Notes: generated by a model not told the origin, from the sequence alone. Numbered from the stretch's first letter, positions 1 to 9,020 are shown. The stretch is DNA of 51,926 bases from Candidatus Giovannonibacteria bacterium RIFCSPLOWO2_02_FULL_45_28 (GCA_001780725.1 MFIM01000006.1:1-51926), one strand, 5' to 3'. Translations and numbers: made by a program.

Positions 1-1
1 C

Positions 2-226
2 AAAAAATATGACACGGCGGTTTTCTTTACTGGAGATTCCGACTTTCTGGCGCTTGTAACCCATCTAAAGAATCACGGGAAAAAAGTTTTTATATTTTCT
101 TCAAAAAACAATGTATCGCAGGAGCTGAGAACTGGCGCAGATGGCTATACCGATGTTTTGGATATTGATGGTATCTGGGGTAAAGATTTAAAACATAGAG
201 CTGAATTAGAGAAAGATAGTAAATAA
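2..226 (+). CDS. NYN (LabA/DUF88) domain protein, 3' end only (runs off left edge)
   Basis: Manual translation from nt 2: KKYDTAVFFTGDSDFLALVTHLKNHGKKVFIFSSKNNVSQELRTGADGY...; GDSDF motif; TAA at 224-226. Confidence 0.8.
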   Translation, partial: KKYDTAVFFTGDSDFLALVTHLKNHGKKVFIFSSKNNVSQELRTGADGYTDVLDIDGIWGKDLKHRAELEKDSK

Positions 227-233
227 CAAAGCC

Positions 234-251
234 GCCCTCCTCGCGGAGGGC
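234..251 (+). terminator. Hairpin after NYN gene
   Basis: gccctcc-tcgc-ggagggc just after the stop; no clear U-tract. Confidence 0.4.
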
Positions 252-502
252 GACCCTTGGATGTTATACCCTTTCAGTTATGACTAACCGAAAGACATTA
301 TCAGTGTAGCAAGCCCCAGTAATCCGTCAATGGAGGGGATGGGGATGGGGATAAAAAAAGTGAGTAGCGGGGTGGGGCTAGTTCGTGTATCATAAAGCTT
401 ATGTGGAACTTGCTTGACCATAAAGTATTACCATACGCCATCATCATCGGAATAGTTGTATTTGTCGCCGCTTTCTTTTTCTTCTCAATCTTTTTCTAAA
501 AA

Positions 503-1174
503 TCACTTTTTCTTATGGGCTTTCTTTTTGTTGCTTAACGCCCTTAGCGCTTTCTCTTTTTCTTTAATTTTTTTCTCTTGGGCATTAACTACACCTCTTT
601 GAATAATGTATTCTAACGCGCGCAAATCCCCATTATCCGCCAGCAACATAGCTTTCTTATATTTTTGCTTGTTTATTTCGTCTGCTGCAATCGGGGACTC
701 GCTAAGTCCCACACGAAGCAGAATAAGGTCGGTCAAAAGACGAGAAACCCGGCCATTGCCGTTTTCAAAGGGGTGAACGCGGACAAATCTATGAATTAAA
801 GCAGCAAGTTGTTGAAAAAACAAAGTTAATCCATCTCTTGTGTTTAAAGGCGGCGGGTTGGAAGTAAGCGCTCTAATGTCATATTCTAGTGCCGCCGTTT
901 GCTCTGGAATCTTTGTCCAATGAGCAAAATGCAGAGTGGAGCCATCAATTCTTTTCATATAATTATTCACGCCAGACCCTCTGTATTTGCCACCCATTGT
1001 TTTAGACGGAGAGAGTTCAAAAATAAATGAGTGGGCGGTTTTTATTATTCCCAGACTTACCGGCTGATTTTTCCTTTCTAATTTTTCCGCCGTTTTCCTG
1101 ATAAAACTAGAGGCCTTCCATAGGCCTTTAGTTTCAAGAATGTCTATATCTTTTTTCTTGGCAGACTTTATCAT
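503..1174 (-). CDS. Fic-family AMPylase (toxin)
   Basis: Canonical Fic motif HPFENGNGRVSR. Confidence 0.9.
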   Translation of the reverse strand: MIKSAKKKDIDILETKGLWKASSFIRKTAEKLERKNQPVSLGIIKTAHSFIFELSPSKTMGGKYRGSGVNNYMKRIDGSTLHFAHWTKIPEQTAALEYDIRALTSNPPPLNTRDGLTLFFQQLAALIHRFVRVHPFENGNGRVSRLLTDLILLRVGLSESPIAADEINKQKYKKAMLLADNGDLRALEYIIQRGVVNAQEKKIKEKEKALRALSNKKKAHKKK

Positions 1175-1380
1175 TAACGAGAGGCAATAACTTTTTGCAC
1201 CTCTTCTCTTGAAAGCTTGCTGCCCTCTAAACGCGCGGAACCATACACGGAATCAACAAGCAATTCTCCCTCTATGATTTTTGCGCGCGCGGCAGAAAGA
1301 GGAGCAAGCCCGTTGTCCTTCTCTCTTAGTTTGAGAATGGTTTTCACTAAATCTTTTTTCGTTTTTATCATTTTTGGCAT
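1174..1380 (-). CDS. Putative Fic antitoxin (VbhA/FicA-like)
   Basis: 68 aa; SARLEG matches the inhibitory (S/T)xxxE(G/N) motif; stop overlaps the Fic start (TAATG). Confidence 0.7.
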   Translation of the reverse strand: MPKMIKTKKDLVKTILKLREKDNGLAPLSAARAKIIEGELLVDSVYGSARLEGSKLSREEVQKVIASR

Positions 1381-1681
1381 TACCTTCTTACAATAATAAT
1401 TTTATCATTTTGTGGGCAACTCCCATAACAAGGGTTATCCACAACCTTCTGATATACAATCCTTATCATTTCTTAGTATTTTTGTCCAGCCCTAAAACGA
1501 AAAACCTCCTGCGAGAGGAAGTTCTTCGCGCCTTGTTTTGAGAATCGCACAAAGCCGGCGATTTGCCTCGGCAGGTTAATTTAACCGTCAAAATCGCGGA
1601 ATCAGTTAAACTCGTTTTCTCACTTTTCCCTATATTGCTCTTTGTGCTTGTAATTATTTAGTCAATGTCTCGCGAATCTTG

Positions 1682-1749
1682 TGACCAAATAGTGACCAAA
1701 AAGTGATAAAAGATGACTAAAACTGATTACGAGTGATAACAGTTGATAA
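1682..1749. repeat. Helically phased TGA(C/T)NA repeats, possible integrase arm or excisionase sites
   Basis: TGA-starting hexamers at 1682, 1693, 1704, 1714, 1724, 1734, 1744 (10-11 bp period), about 90 bp from the tRNA fragment. Confidence 0.5.
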
Positions 1750-1840
1750 CCTGATGTTTTTCCAATAAAGCCTTAGAATAAGCCATATTTCTTAATTTTC
1801 CTTACCTTTTTACGAGTTTCTGAATTGCCGACACAATCGT

Positions 1841-1882
1841 CTCATAACCTTGAGACGCCGGTTCAAATCCGGCCCCCGCAAC
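1841..1882 (+). mobile_element. tRNA-fMet-like 3' half; probable att site of an integrated element lying to the left
   Basis: CTCATAA loop, ccttg, agac, T-arm gccggTTCAAATccggc, ccccgca-a; no matching 5' half upstream. Confidence 0.65.
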
Positions 1883-1936
1883 AAGTTGCAGTAATTAGAA
1901 TATGGGTGTAATCTTTATTTAGAAATAGGGAGTTTT

Positions 1937-2473
1937 TTGATGCGAAAGTTTTTGTTTGCTCTTATTTTGTCCATTTGCGCGACAGCAGGACCAACTTTTG
2001 CTAACCAAACCACCGGAGAAATAACTTTTATAGCCTCAAATGCTGAATTACAACTTGCTCTTGAGAAGCGGCTAGAATTGAAGGGTCTGGCTGTGTCCAG
2101 CGATTTTTACGCAGTTATCGAAAACGGCGGAAAAGAAAAAATTGATGAACTTGCAAAGTTTTTGCTTGATAAAGCTCTGCGCCCAGTTTTTATTTACGGA
2201 TATAAGATTGACGCATCGGTTTTGTATAAGTGGTTTGGAAGCCACGGTGAGTTTGGATGCAAGCCATTAGTTATGGCCGGCATTTTTCCTACTTTGTTAT
2301 TGAATTTGTTATTGAATGGCAACTTCTTGCAGGGCTTGCAGGGCGCAACTGTCGAGATGTGTGGCGGCGACGAGCCTGTTAGATCAGAAGAATGGTTGAG
2401 AAATTGGGTTGCCGAATCTTGGCGTGCAACAAAAGAAGATTTAAAAAACAAAGGATATGCAACTTTGCCATAG
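1937..2473 (+). CDS. Hypothetical secreted protein
   Basis: ORF with N-terminal signal-like peptide; followed by a terminator. Confidence 0.6.
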   Translation: MMRKFLFALILSICATAGPTFANQTTGEITFIASNAELQLALEKRLELKGLAVSSDFYAVIENGGKEKIDELAKFLLDKALRPVFIYGYKIDASVLYKWFGSHGEFGCKPLVMAGIFPTLLLNLLLNGNFLQGLQGATVEMCGGDEPVRSEEWLRNWVAESWRATKEDLKNKGYATLP

Positions 2474-2476
2474 CAA

Positions 2477-2506
2477 CCCCCGCCGAATTGAACGCGGGGT
2501 TTTTTT
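2477..2506 (+). terminator. Intrinsic terminator
   Basis: ccccgc...gcgggg followed by a T-run. Confidence 0.6.
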
Positions 2507-2524
2507 GTTGTATAGTTCGTGTGA

Positions 2525-2598
2525 GGCTGGGTAGCTCAGTTGGTTAGAGCGTGGCACTCATAAAGCCAAGGTCGTGGGTTCGATTCCCACCCCAGCCA
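2525..2598 (+). tRNA. tRNA-Met(CAT), probably elongator (Ile2 not excluded)
   Basis: Cloverleaf GGCTGGG...CCCAGCC-A, loop CTCATAA, GGTTCGATTCCC; A31-A39 mismatch; no encoded CCA. Confidence 0.9.
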
Positions 2599-2615
2599 AT
2601 GCAGTAAAAATTTAT

Positions 2616-2690
2616 GCGGGCGTAGTGTAGCCTGGATAACACGCCTCCCTGTCACGGAGGAGATCGTGGGTTCAAATCCCATCGCCCGCG
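2616..2690 (+). tRNA. tRNA-Asp(GTC)
   Basis: GCGGGCG...CGCCCGC-G; anticodon arm cctcc-CTGTCAC-ggagg; GGTTCAAATCCC. Confidence 0.95.
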
Positions 2691-2714
2691 CCCAGAACCA
2701 TTTTATAAAAAAAT

Positions 2715-3287
2715 ATGCGTACTGTTTACATTATCCACGGATGTCCTGCTGACAAAGAAACGGCGATGAATCCCGAAAAAAGGACTTATGACAAACATTG
2801 GATTCCTTGGTTTAAAAGAGAGTTGCTTTTGAGGGGCATTAAAGTTGAGGCGCCTCTTATGCCGAATCCGTGGGAGCCGGATTATGATGCTTTCAAAAAA
2901 GAGTTTGCAAAATATAAAATTTCGGAAGAGGACTTATTGGTCGGCCATAGTTGCGGCTCCGCTTTTTTAGTCCGCTGGCTTGGTGAATCAAAGCAAAAAG
3001 TAAGCAAACTAATACTTGTGGCTCCATGGAAAATTCCAAAGAAGGGCGACGAGTTCAGAAAAGCGTTTTATGAATATCCAATAGACGAATCTATCAAATC
3101 GCGCGTCAAAGAGATTATAATGTTTACCGCAGACGATGAAGTGGACGACGGAAAAAAGAGCTTAAAAATATTTCACGAAGCTCTGGGCGGCAAAATAATA
3201 GAACTTAAAGGCGTGGGGCACTACACGCTAGACGATATGGGCAGAGAGGAATTTCCGGAATTACTGCAAGAAATCGTTGCAAACTAA
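2715..3287 (+). CDS. Alpha/beta hydrolase, RBBP9/YdeN family
   Basis: IIHG start, LVGHSCG nucleophile elbow, C-terminal GH. Confidence 0.85.
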   Translation: MRTVYIIHGCPADKETAMNPEKRTYDKHWIPWFKRELLLRGIKVEAPLMPNPWEPDYDAFKKEFAKYKISEEDLLVGHSCGSAFLVRWLGESKQKVSKLILVAPWKIPKKGDEFRKAFYEYPIDESIKSRVKEIIMFTADDEVDDGKKSLKIFHEALGGKIIELKGVGHYTLDDMGREEFPELLQEIVAN

Positions 3288-3312
3288 AAACCCCTCAACA
3301 AGGAGGGGTTTG
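3286..3312. terminator. Terminator between convergent genes
   Basis: aaaaacccctc-aacaag-gaggggttt. Confidence 0.6.
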
Positions 3313-4491
3313 GCGTTCATAAATAGGAAAATCTTTTTTGAGGGCGTCCAGAACGAGTTTTGGGTTCATGGTGATCTCCGGAGGATAAGCTCCAACAGTG
3401 GCTTTGCCTTCTGCGATCAGTTTGGCAAGAACTGCTGTTGTAAAACCGGTGGATTTTTGCATAGAGTTCCACGTGTTATCCGACTCAACATACATAAAAC
3501 ACTCTATTTTGGTCCGCTTGCCGGTGGTTTTGGCTTTGCCGATTGCCACAACTCTCAAAATAGAAAAATCTTTTTGTTTATGTGGATATGTATTCAATAG
3601 CTTCTCAAATTCTTCAATAAAGTTTTCTCTCTTGATTTTTTTTATAATATCGTAATGCCCGGGCCATCGTAGAGTCTTTTCCTGCAGTTTAAGCACATGA
3701 TTTTTGAGATAATATGGAAGCGCTCCTAATCCGCCGGTTACTGCCGCTTCAAATTTGACGCTTCTCTCTTTTTCGCCGAAGAAAAGGTCAAAATCGCTGG
3801 TTGGTATAGTTTCATAATGCGAGCGCGGCATGATTGTCCTGGGCTTCCCTCGCGACAGTACAAACGGCCAGTTGTAATAAATTTCTTCAAGCCCTTTTAA
3901 ATTGAAAAGTTTTTTATAAAATTTTTCCGGCAGACCGCCGACATAGATAATCAGAGATTCCAGCGGCTGCGAGAGATCAAAATTTTCTAACAGAGAAATC
4001 GCCATGATATTGCCCAAGCCCGGTTCTAATCCGCAATCAGGCACCAAAGAGATTCCGTATGATTCTGCACGGCGCGCCATATCGCCGAAAATAATTTTTT
4101 TAGTGATTCCAAGCACTCCGCCCAAATCACAGTAGTGGGTTTTGCCTAAACGGTGCGGCGGCAAACGCGACTCGTTGGTTTTAAGTATGGCTTCTATCGC
4201 AATGGGATTTAAATGAGCAGGAAGCGCGCTTATAACTATATCTTTGTTCCGGAAAAAAATCGGGAGGTCGTCTTTTCTTTTGACGACATCCAGTCCGTCT
4301 CCGCGGACGTTTGCCAAAACCAATGCGGAACGATGCCCAGTTGGACACGTTTTAAGTTTGTTGGCGGTTGCCAGCTCGTATTCCGGATTTTGATCCGCTA
4401 TAAACACAACTGAATCAGTTTCCCGAAGCAGCCTTGCGGCAATAGCCGGACCCATAGAATCTGGACCGCAGCCTAAAACAAGGTAGAGCAT
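3295..4491 (-). CDS. Saccharopine dehydrogenase-family oxidoreductase
   Basis: N-terminal Rossmann-like segment; HYCDLGG, VPDCGLEPGL, KTLRWPGH and MQKSTGF motifs. Confidence 0.8.
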   Translation of the reverse strand: MLYLVLGCGPDSMGPAIAARLLRETDSVVFIADQNPEYELATANKLKTCPTGHRSALVLANVRGDGLDVVKRKDDLPIFFRNKDIVISALPAHLNPIAIEAILKTNESRLPPHRLGKTHYCDLGGVLGITKKIIFGDMARRAESYGISLVPDCGLEPGLGNIMAISLLENFDLSQPLESLIIYVGGLPEKFYKKLFNLKGLEEIYYNWPFVLSRGKPRTIMPRSHYETIPTSDFDLFFGEKERSVKFEAAVTGGLGALPYYLKNHVLKLQEKTLRWPGHYDIIKKIKRENFIEEFEKLLNTYPHKQKDFSILRVVAIGKAKTTGKRTKIECFMYVESDNTWNSMQKSTGFTTAVLAKLIAEGKATVGAYPPEITMNPKLVLDALKKDFPIYERQTPPC

Positions 4492-4550
4492 TGCGGCCTC
4501 CGTTTTGTCAATTTCTGGCTAAATCTTAGCAAAAATTGTATAATAAATCA

Positions 4551-5582
4551 ATGGAAGAGGCGATCAAAAATTTTCCGAAGCAATTTGGCTGGCGACCGGA
4601 GATAAAAAATAAAATATCAAAAATAAAATATAATAACTTTATTGTTTGTGGGATGGGAGGATCAGCGCTAGCTGGGGATTTGCTGCGTGTTGTGACCCAA
4701 ACCGAGTTTGGGTCAGTGAGGATTTGGAGGGATTACGGTCTGCCTGACAATATAAATAAAAAGACATTAATCATCGCCAGTTCTTACTCCGGCAATACCG
4801 AGGAAACGATTGATGCTTTCCTTGAAGCGAGGAGGCGTGGTTTGCCGCTTGCCGCAATAACGACAGGTGGAAAACTGTTGGAACTGGCTAAAAAATACAA
4901 CATACCCCATATTCAAATTCCAAACACAAATATCCAGCCGCGGATGGCTACGGGGTTTATGATTACGGCGTTGATGAAATTAATGCGCTTTGAAAAGCTT
5001 TCGCATGACGCAGGAAACTTGCCTCGGAGCTTGAACATAAATATATCTCAACGCGCCGGTAAGGCGCTGGCAGAAAAACTACGCGGGAAAATACCCATAA
5101 TTTATTCCTCCGCCAAAAATTTCCCGCTTGCCTATAACTGGAAAATAAAGTTTAACGAGACAGCGAAAATTCCGGCGTTTTGCAATGTTTTTCCGGAGCT
5201 GAATCATAATGAAATGAGTGGGTTTGACTTTGGAAAATTTAGCGAAAGAGGAGGAATAACTCCTCCCCCTACCACCTCCCATTATTTTAAGGGGAGGGGG
5301 GGTGGGGGTAGGGTTACTCTCTTTCCGCAATTTCATTTCATCTTCCTTGAAGACAAAGCTGACGACCCTCGCATCATAAAACGCATGAAAATCACTAAAA
5401 AACTTTTTGAAGCAAGGAGGTTGGAAGTGAGAGATGTGAAGTTGGAAGGCAAGGGCGTTCTCCATAAAATTTTTCAAAATCTTCTCATTGTTGATTGGAC
5501 GGCTTTTTATCTTGCGCAATCCTACGGCCACGACCCAGAACAAGTCCTAATGGTTGAGGAGCTTAAAAAGATGATCAAATAA
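4551..5582 (+). CDS. pgi/pmi: Bifunctional phosphoglucose/phosphomannose isomerase (SIS)
   Basis: GMGGS, SYSGNTEET, KFNETAK, PELNHNE motifs; ATG 4551 preferred; in-frame palindromic insert at about 5254-5319. Confidence 0.9.
   Translation: MEEAIKNFPKQFGWRPEIKNKISKIKYNNFIVCGMGGSALAGDLLRVVTQTEFGSVRIWRDYGLPDNINKKTLIIASSYSGNTEETIDAFLEARRRGLPLAAITTGGKLLELAKKYNIPHIQIPNTNIQPRMATGFMITALMKLMRFEKLSHDAGNLPRSLNINISQRAGKALAEKLRGKIPIIYSSAKNFPLAYNWKIKFNETAKIPAFCNVFPELNHNEMSGFDFGKFSERGGITPPPTTSHYFKGRGGGGRVTLFPQFHFIFLEDKADDPRIIKRMKITKKLFEARRLEVRDVKLEGKGVLHKIFQNLLIVDWTAFYLAQSYGHDPEQVLMVEELKKMIK
5254..5319. repeat. Imperfect C-rich/G-rich palindrome, in-frame in pgi/pmi
   Basis: Arms cccct.accacctccc / ggggagggggggtggggg; encodes ITPPPTTSHYFKGRGGGGRVT; similar element at about 36106-36142. 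Confidence 0.65.
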
Positions 5583-5662
5583 TTTTTTTATATAACCCTA
5601 ATTCGTGCGAATATGCGCATATAATTGTTGCATTGCTGCGTGTAGAATGTTAGATTGAATCA

Positions 5663-5926
5663 ATGAAAAATCTTGAGCGTATGCTAAAAGCACTGGCTAA
5701 CAAACGACGTTTGGAAATTCTTAGGGCCCTCAAAAAGGAATTTGGTGATGAATTATCTGTGGGGGAAACCGCAGAGAAAATAAATTTGTCTTTTAAGGCA
5801 ACTTCCAGGCACTTAAAACTTTTAACCGATGCAGATATTTTGGAAAAGGAGCAGCGCGGCATACAGGTGTTTTATCGCATTGGCTCCAAAGATGGGCTTA
5901 TAAAATATATTCTTTCCATTCTTTAA
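5663..5926 (+). CDS. ArsR/SmtB-family transcriptional regulator
   Basis: LKALANKRRLEIL...LSVGETA...ATSRHLKLL wHTH. Confidence 0.9.
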   Translation: MKNLERMLKALANKRRLEILRALKKEFGDELSVGETAEKINLSFKATSRHLKLLTDADILEKEQRGIQVFYRIGSKDGLIKYILSIL

Positions 5927-6042
5927 TCTTTAAAGCCATTCTAACAATTTGTTCTGTTATACATCCCTAATTCGAACGAATTAGCCCGAATAGCTTGCAA
6001 GTTTATTTTGTTTTTTAAGCTTTTTAAGTTATTATTAATAAT

Positions 6043-6522
6043 ATGCCAAATCAAAAACTGAAAGAATCCAAGATTGCTAAATTGATCAAAATCGCGAAAA
6101 GATTGATTGGAAGGCCATATAAATATGGTGCGAAGATTGAAGAGGCTCCGCGTTTTTTTGACTGTTCTCTTTTTACTCAATACGTTTTTAAGCAAGTCGG
6201 CGTAAAATTGCCGAGGACGGCCATTGAGCAGGCAATGGTCGGAAAAAAAGTCGCGCTCGGAAAAATAAAGGAAGGTGATATTATCTTTTTAAAAGGCGAA
6301 ATAGGAAGATACAATAAATATTTTCCACAGGGCGTCGGGCACGCCGGAATATATATCAGAAAAAATAAAGTAATTCACGCAGCAAGGCGCAGGATAAGCG
6401 GAAAATACGAAGATATATATAATCCCAAATTAATCAAAGAGGTTGGCAGGGTTGTTATTGAAAACTTAAATCAATTTATAAAAAACAGAAAACCGCCCAT
6501 CATAATCAAAAGATATGTCTAA
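6043..6522 (+). CDS. NlpC/P60 cell-wall peptidase
   Basis: PYKYG, FDCSLF, LPRTA.EQ, GHAGIY, IHAA. Confidence 0.9.
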   Translation: MPNQKLKESKIAKLIKIAKRLIGRPYKYGAKIEEAPRFFDCSLFTQYVFKQVGVKLPRTAIEQAMVGKKVALGKIKEGDIIFLKGEIGRYNKYFPQGVGHAGIYIRKNKVIHAARRRISGKYEDIYNPKLIKEVGRVVIENLNQFIKNRKPPIIIKRYV

Positions 6523-7645
6523 AATAAAAATTGAATCTAAAGAAGAAGCCGGGATAAAAAAAGCGCTGGAGAAAAGAAACGACCCCGAAGCAAAAAGGCT
6601 TCTGCGGTTTTTAAATATGCCCGACCTATCGCGCGCGGAAGGAAGCCCGCTAAAAGAAATAGTTGAAAGAGCTTCAAAGGTTAAGAGTTTGGAAGGGTTT
6701 GATGTGATCCAAATTCCGGAAATCATACCCACCAATATTTTATTTGATCTATTTAATATGCCGCCGGGGCATCCCGCCCGCAGCAAATCCGACACTTATT
6801 ATATCGGCGACGATTATGTGTTGAGAACCCACGATACGGTGTTTTGGTACTACTATTTAAATCATCTGGAAATTAAAAAAAGAATTGAAAACAAGGAAAC
6901 CTTGGGCGTAATTTGTTATGGAAAAGTATATAGAAAAGATGAAATTGACAGAAGCCACATGAACGTGTTTCACCAGTTTGGCGGGCTCTATATCGGACAT
7001 GACGACAAAAAAACCATAACGCCGGACGACTTAAAAAATGCCCTTTCAGAAGTGGCCAGAAGTATTTTCGGAGACGTCAACTTCAGATTTTACGATCACA
7101 ATTTTCCTTACACGGATCCAAGTTTTGAGATGGAAGCGGAAATTAACGGACAATGGATAGAAATGCTCGGCTCCGGCATGGCAAGAAAGAGCGTATTGGC
7201 AAATTTTGGGCTCATCGGATACCATGGTTGGGCTTTTGGTTTTGGTTTAGAGAGGCTGGCTATGGCTTCTATGAGTCTGCCGGATATCCGGCTTTTATGG
7301 TCGGAAGACCAGCGAATTAAGCGACAGCTAAAACTCGGGCAAAAATATGTTCCGGTGAGCAAATATCCGCCGATTACGCGCGACATATCTTTTGTTGTCG
7401 CGAGCGATTTTGTGCCAAACAATTATTTTGATTTGATAAGGGACCTCGGGGGCGATTTGGTGGAAGAAGTCGCACTTTTGGACAAATACGAAAATCCGGA
7501 AAAATTCGGCGCCGACAAAATCAGTTACACTTACCGGATGACTTTTAGAAGCAATGATAGGACATTGATTTCCGGCGAAGTTGACGAGATAATGTCCAAA
7601 ATTTACTCCGAAACCGCCGAACAGTTTAACGCCGAATTGAGGTGA
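6515..7645 (+). CDS. pheS: Phenylalanine-tRNA ligase: alpha catalytic domain fused to FDX-ACB anticodon-binding domain
   Basis: HPARSKSDTYY, LRTH, YRKDEIDRSH.FHQ, FPYTDPSFE, GWAFGFGLERLAM, then YPPITRDISF...RSNDRTL. Confidence 0.9.
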   Translation: MSKIKIESKEEAGIKKALEKRNDPEAKRLLRFLNMPDLSRAEGSPLKEIVERASKVKSLEGFDVIQIPEIIPTNILFDLFNMPPGHPARSKSDTYYIGDDYVLRTHDTVFWYYYLNHLEIKKRIENKETLGVICYGKVYRKDEIDRSHMNVFHQFGGLYIGHDDKKTITPDDLKNALSEVARSIFGDVNFRFYDHNFPYTDPSFEMEAEINGQWIEMLGSGMARKSVLANFGLIGYHGWAFGFGLERLAMASMSLPDIRLLWSEDQRIKRQLKLGQKYVPVSKYPPITRDISFVVASDFVPNNYFDLIRDLGGDLVEEVALLDKYENPEKFGADKISYTYRMTFRSNDRTLISGEVDEIMSKIYSETAEQFNAELR

Positions 7646-8370
7646 AATCTTTTTTTCGTATTTTTTATAAATTTCGCGGATGGTGGTTGGAAAGACAAGC
7701 AGAAATCGAAATCAGAAAATTAAAAGACGGTGAATATCGCTTACCATACAAAATTCCATATATTTCGCAATATGCCAGCGCCGAGAGAGCAGAGGAGTTT
7801 GTAAAACACGAGGAGCTGCTCAAAATGGATGCGCAGTGGTGCGAATCGGGCGCGGATTCGCCGGAGGACTACGCCTTTTGGGCGCCGAAACTTTGCGGGA
7901 TGGCGTGTTTTAAGATGATTTTGCTATCACTTGGGTGTCGGACACCCAAGTTGGTAGAACTTGGCAAACAAGCCATGGCGGCCGGATGCTACTTGCCCGA
8001 CCCAAAAAATCCCAAGCGGCTTATCGGACTTTTGCATAAGCCGTTTTTGAAATTTGCGGAAAATTTTGGTTTTCACGGAAAACTTATCTGGCACATTTGC
8101 CCTTGCGCTATTGCCAGCGAAATTTTAAAGAACAACTTTATTATTGCCTCCGTTCATCACGACATGCGCTATGCTGGCGCGCGCCACGATTCAAAACAGG
8201 GCCATCTCGTTTTTGTTCACGGGTTTAAAATTGATGGCGGCAAGGTTGCTGGATTTTATATTCATAACCCATCAGGATTTTTCGGCATCTCCCAAGAAAA
8301 TCATTTTGTTCCGGTTGACGATTTCCTAAATTGTTTTTCCGGAAGGATTATTGTTTTATGGAAAAAATAA
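7642..8370 (+). CDS. Peptidase C39-like protein
   Basis: PYISQ...CGMACFKM Cys motif; GHLVFVHG; HNPS. Confidence 0.65.
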   Translation: MKSFFRIFYKFRGWWLERQAEIEIRKLKDGEYRLPYKIPYISQYASAERAEEFVKHEELLKMDAQWCESGADSPEDYAFWAPKLCGMACFKMILLSLGCRTPKLVELGKQAMAAGCYLPDPKNPKRLIGLLHKPFLKFAENFGFHGKLIWHICPCAIASEILKNNFIIASVHHDMRYAGARHDSKQGHLVFVHGFKIDGGKVAGFYIHNPSGFFGISQENHFVPVDDFLNCFSGRIIVLWKK

Positions 8371-8394
8371 AAAAGCGCTCTCGGCGCTTTTTTT
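8369..8394. terminator. Bidirectional terminator
   Basis: aaaaaagcgc-tctcg-gcgctttttt between convergent genes. Confidence 0.7.
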
Positions 8395-8399
8395 GGATA

Positions 8400-9020
8400 T
8401 TATTCAAATTTTACACGGAGACTTTTGAACCCGAATGAATTTTTTGGATCGGCGTCTCCACGGAAGACAATAAAGTGAAGGTGATCGCGGTCTGTCCACC
8501 CAGTTTTTCCAACAGTCGCGATGGTTTGCCCCTTTTTAACTAAACTGCCAATACGTAAGCCCGCGTTAGAAACAGAAAGTTTGGATAAGTGGCAATATTG
8601 AGAGTATTCACCGTCTTTGTGCTGAACGGTAACAAAATTAAGCAAATCCCTAAACTTTGGCGACGCACCCCATTTATTTGAATTTTCTTTCAGTTCAATC
8701 ACCTTGCCATTTTCTGCTGCCAATACTATCGTGCCGTCCGGCACCAAAAAATCTATTGCCCAACGAAACGGCCCTTTATGAGAGTGCGGGCTTATAGCAG
8801 TAAGAAATGGTCCGATTTTGCGCAACTAGTCTTTATTTAAGAAATTTTTCGCAAGAGCGGCGTTCTTTTTCAACACAGATTCATCTTGCGGAATAGGATA
8901 TGCGTAAATCAATTTTGTTTCTTCCGCATTCCAAATCGGATCATCGGCAACCTTATCGAGCTCTGTTAGTCGCATGCCGCGAAATCTCCATTTTGCATTG
9001 TTCTTACTCTTGTTTAACAT
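8400..9020 (-). pseudogene. M23 peptidase interrupted by one in-frame TAG (or two abutting in-frame ORFs)
   Basis: ORF 8826-9020 stops at TAG 8826-8828; same frame continues as M23 domain (AIDF, YCHL, HLHF). Confidence 0.6.

Noticed and set aside
330-380. G-rich tract (ggggatggggatgggg) as a G-quadruplex or element
   Set aside because: Short, single occurrence, no supporting context
1435-1443. Perfect DnaA box TTATCCACA as a sign of oriC
   Set aside because: Single box; no cluster, no dnaA/dnaN nearby
1841-1882. tRNA-fMet split by a group I intron
   Set aside because: The fragment includes the whole loop (CT before CAT), there is no terminal G at the expected splice site, and no 5' exon or intron core is seen; an att remnant fits better
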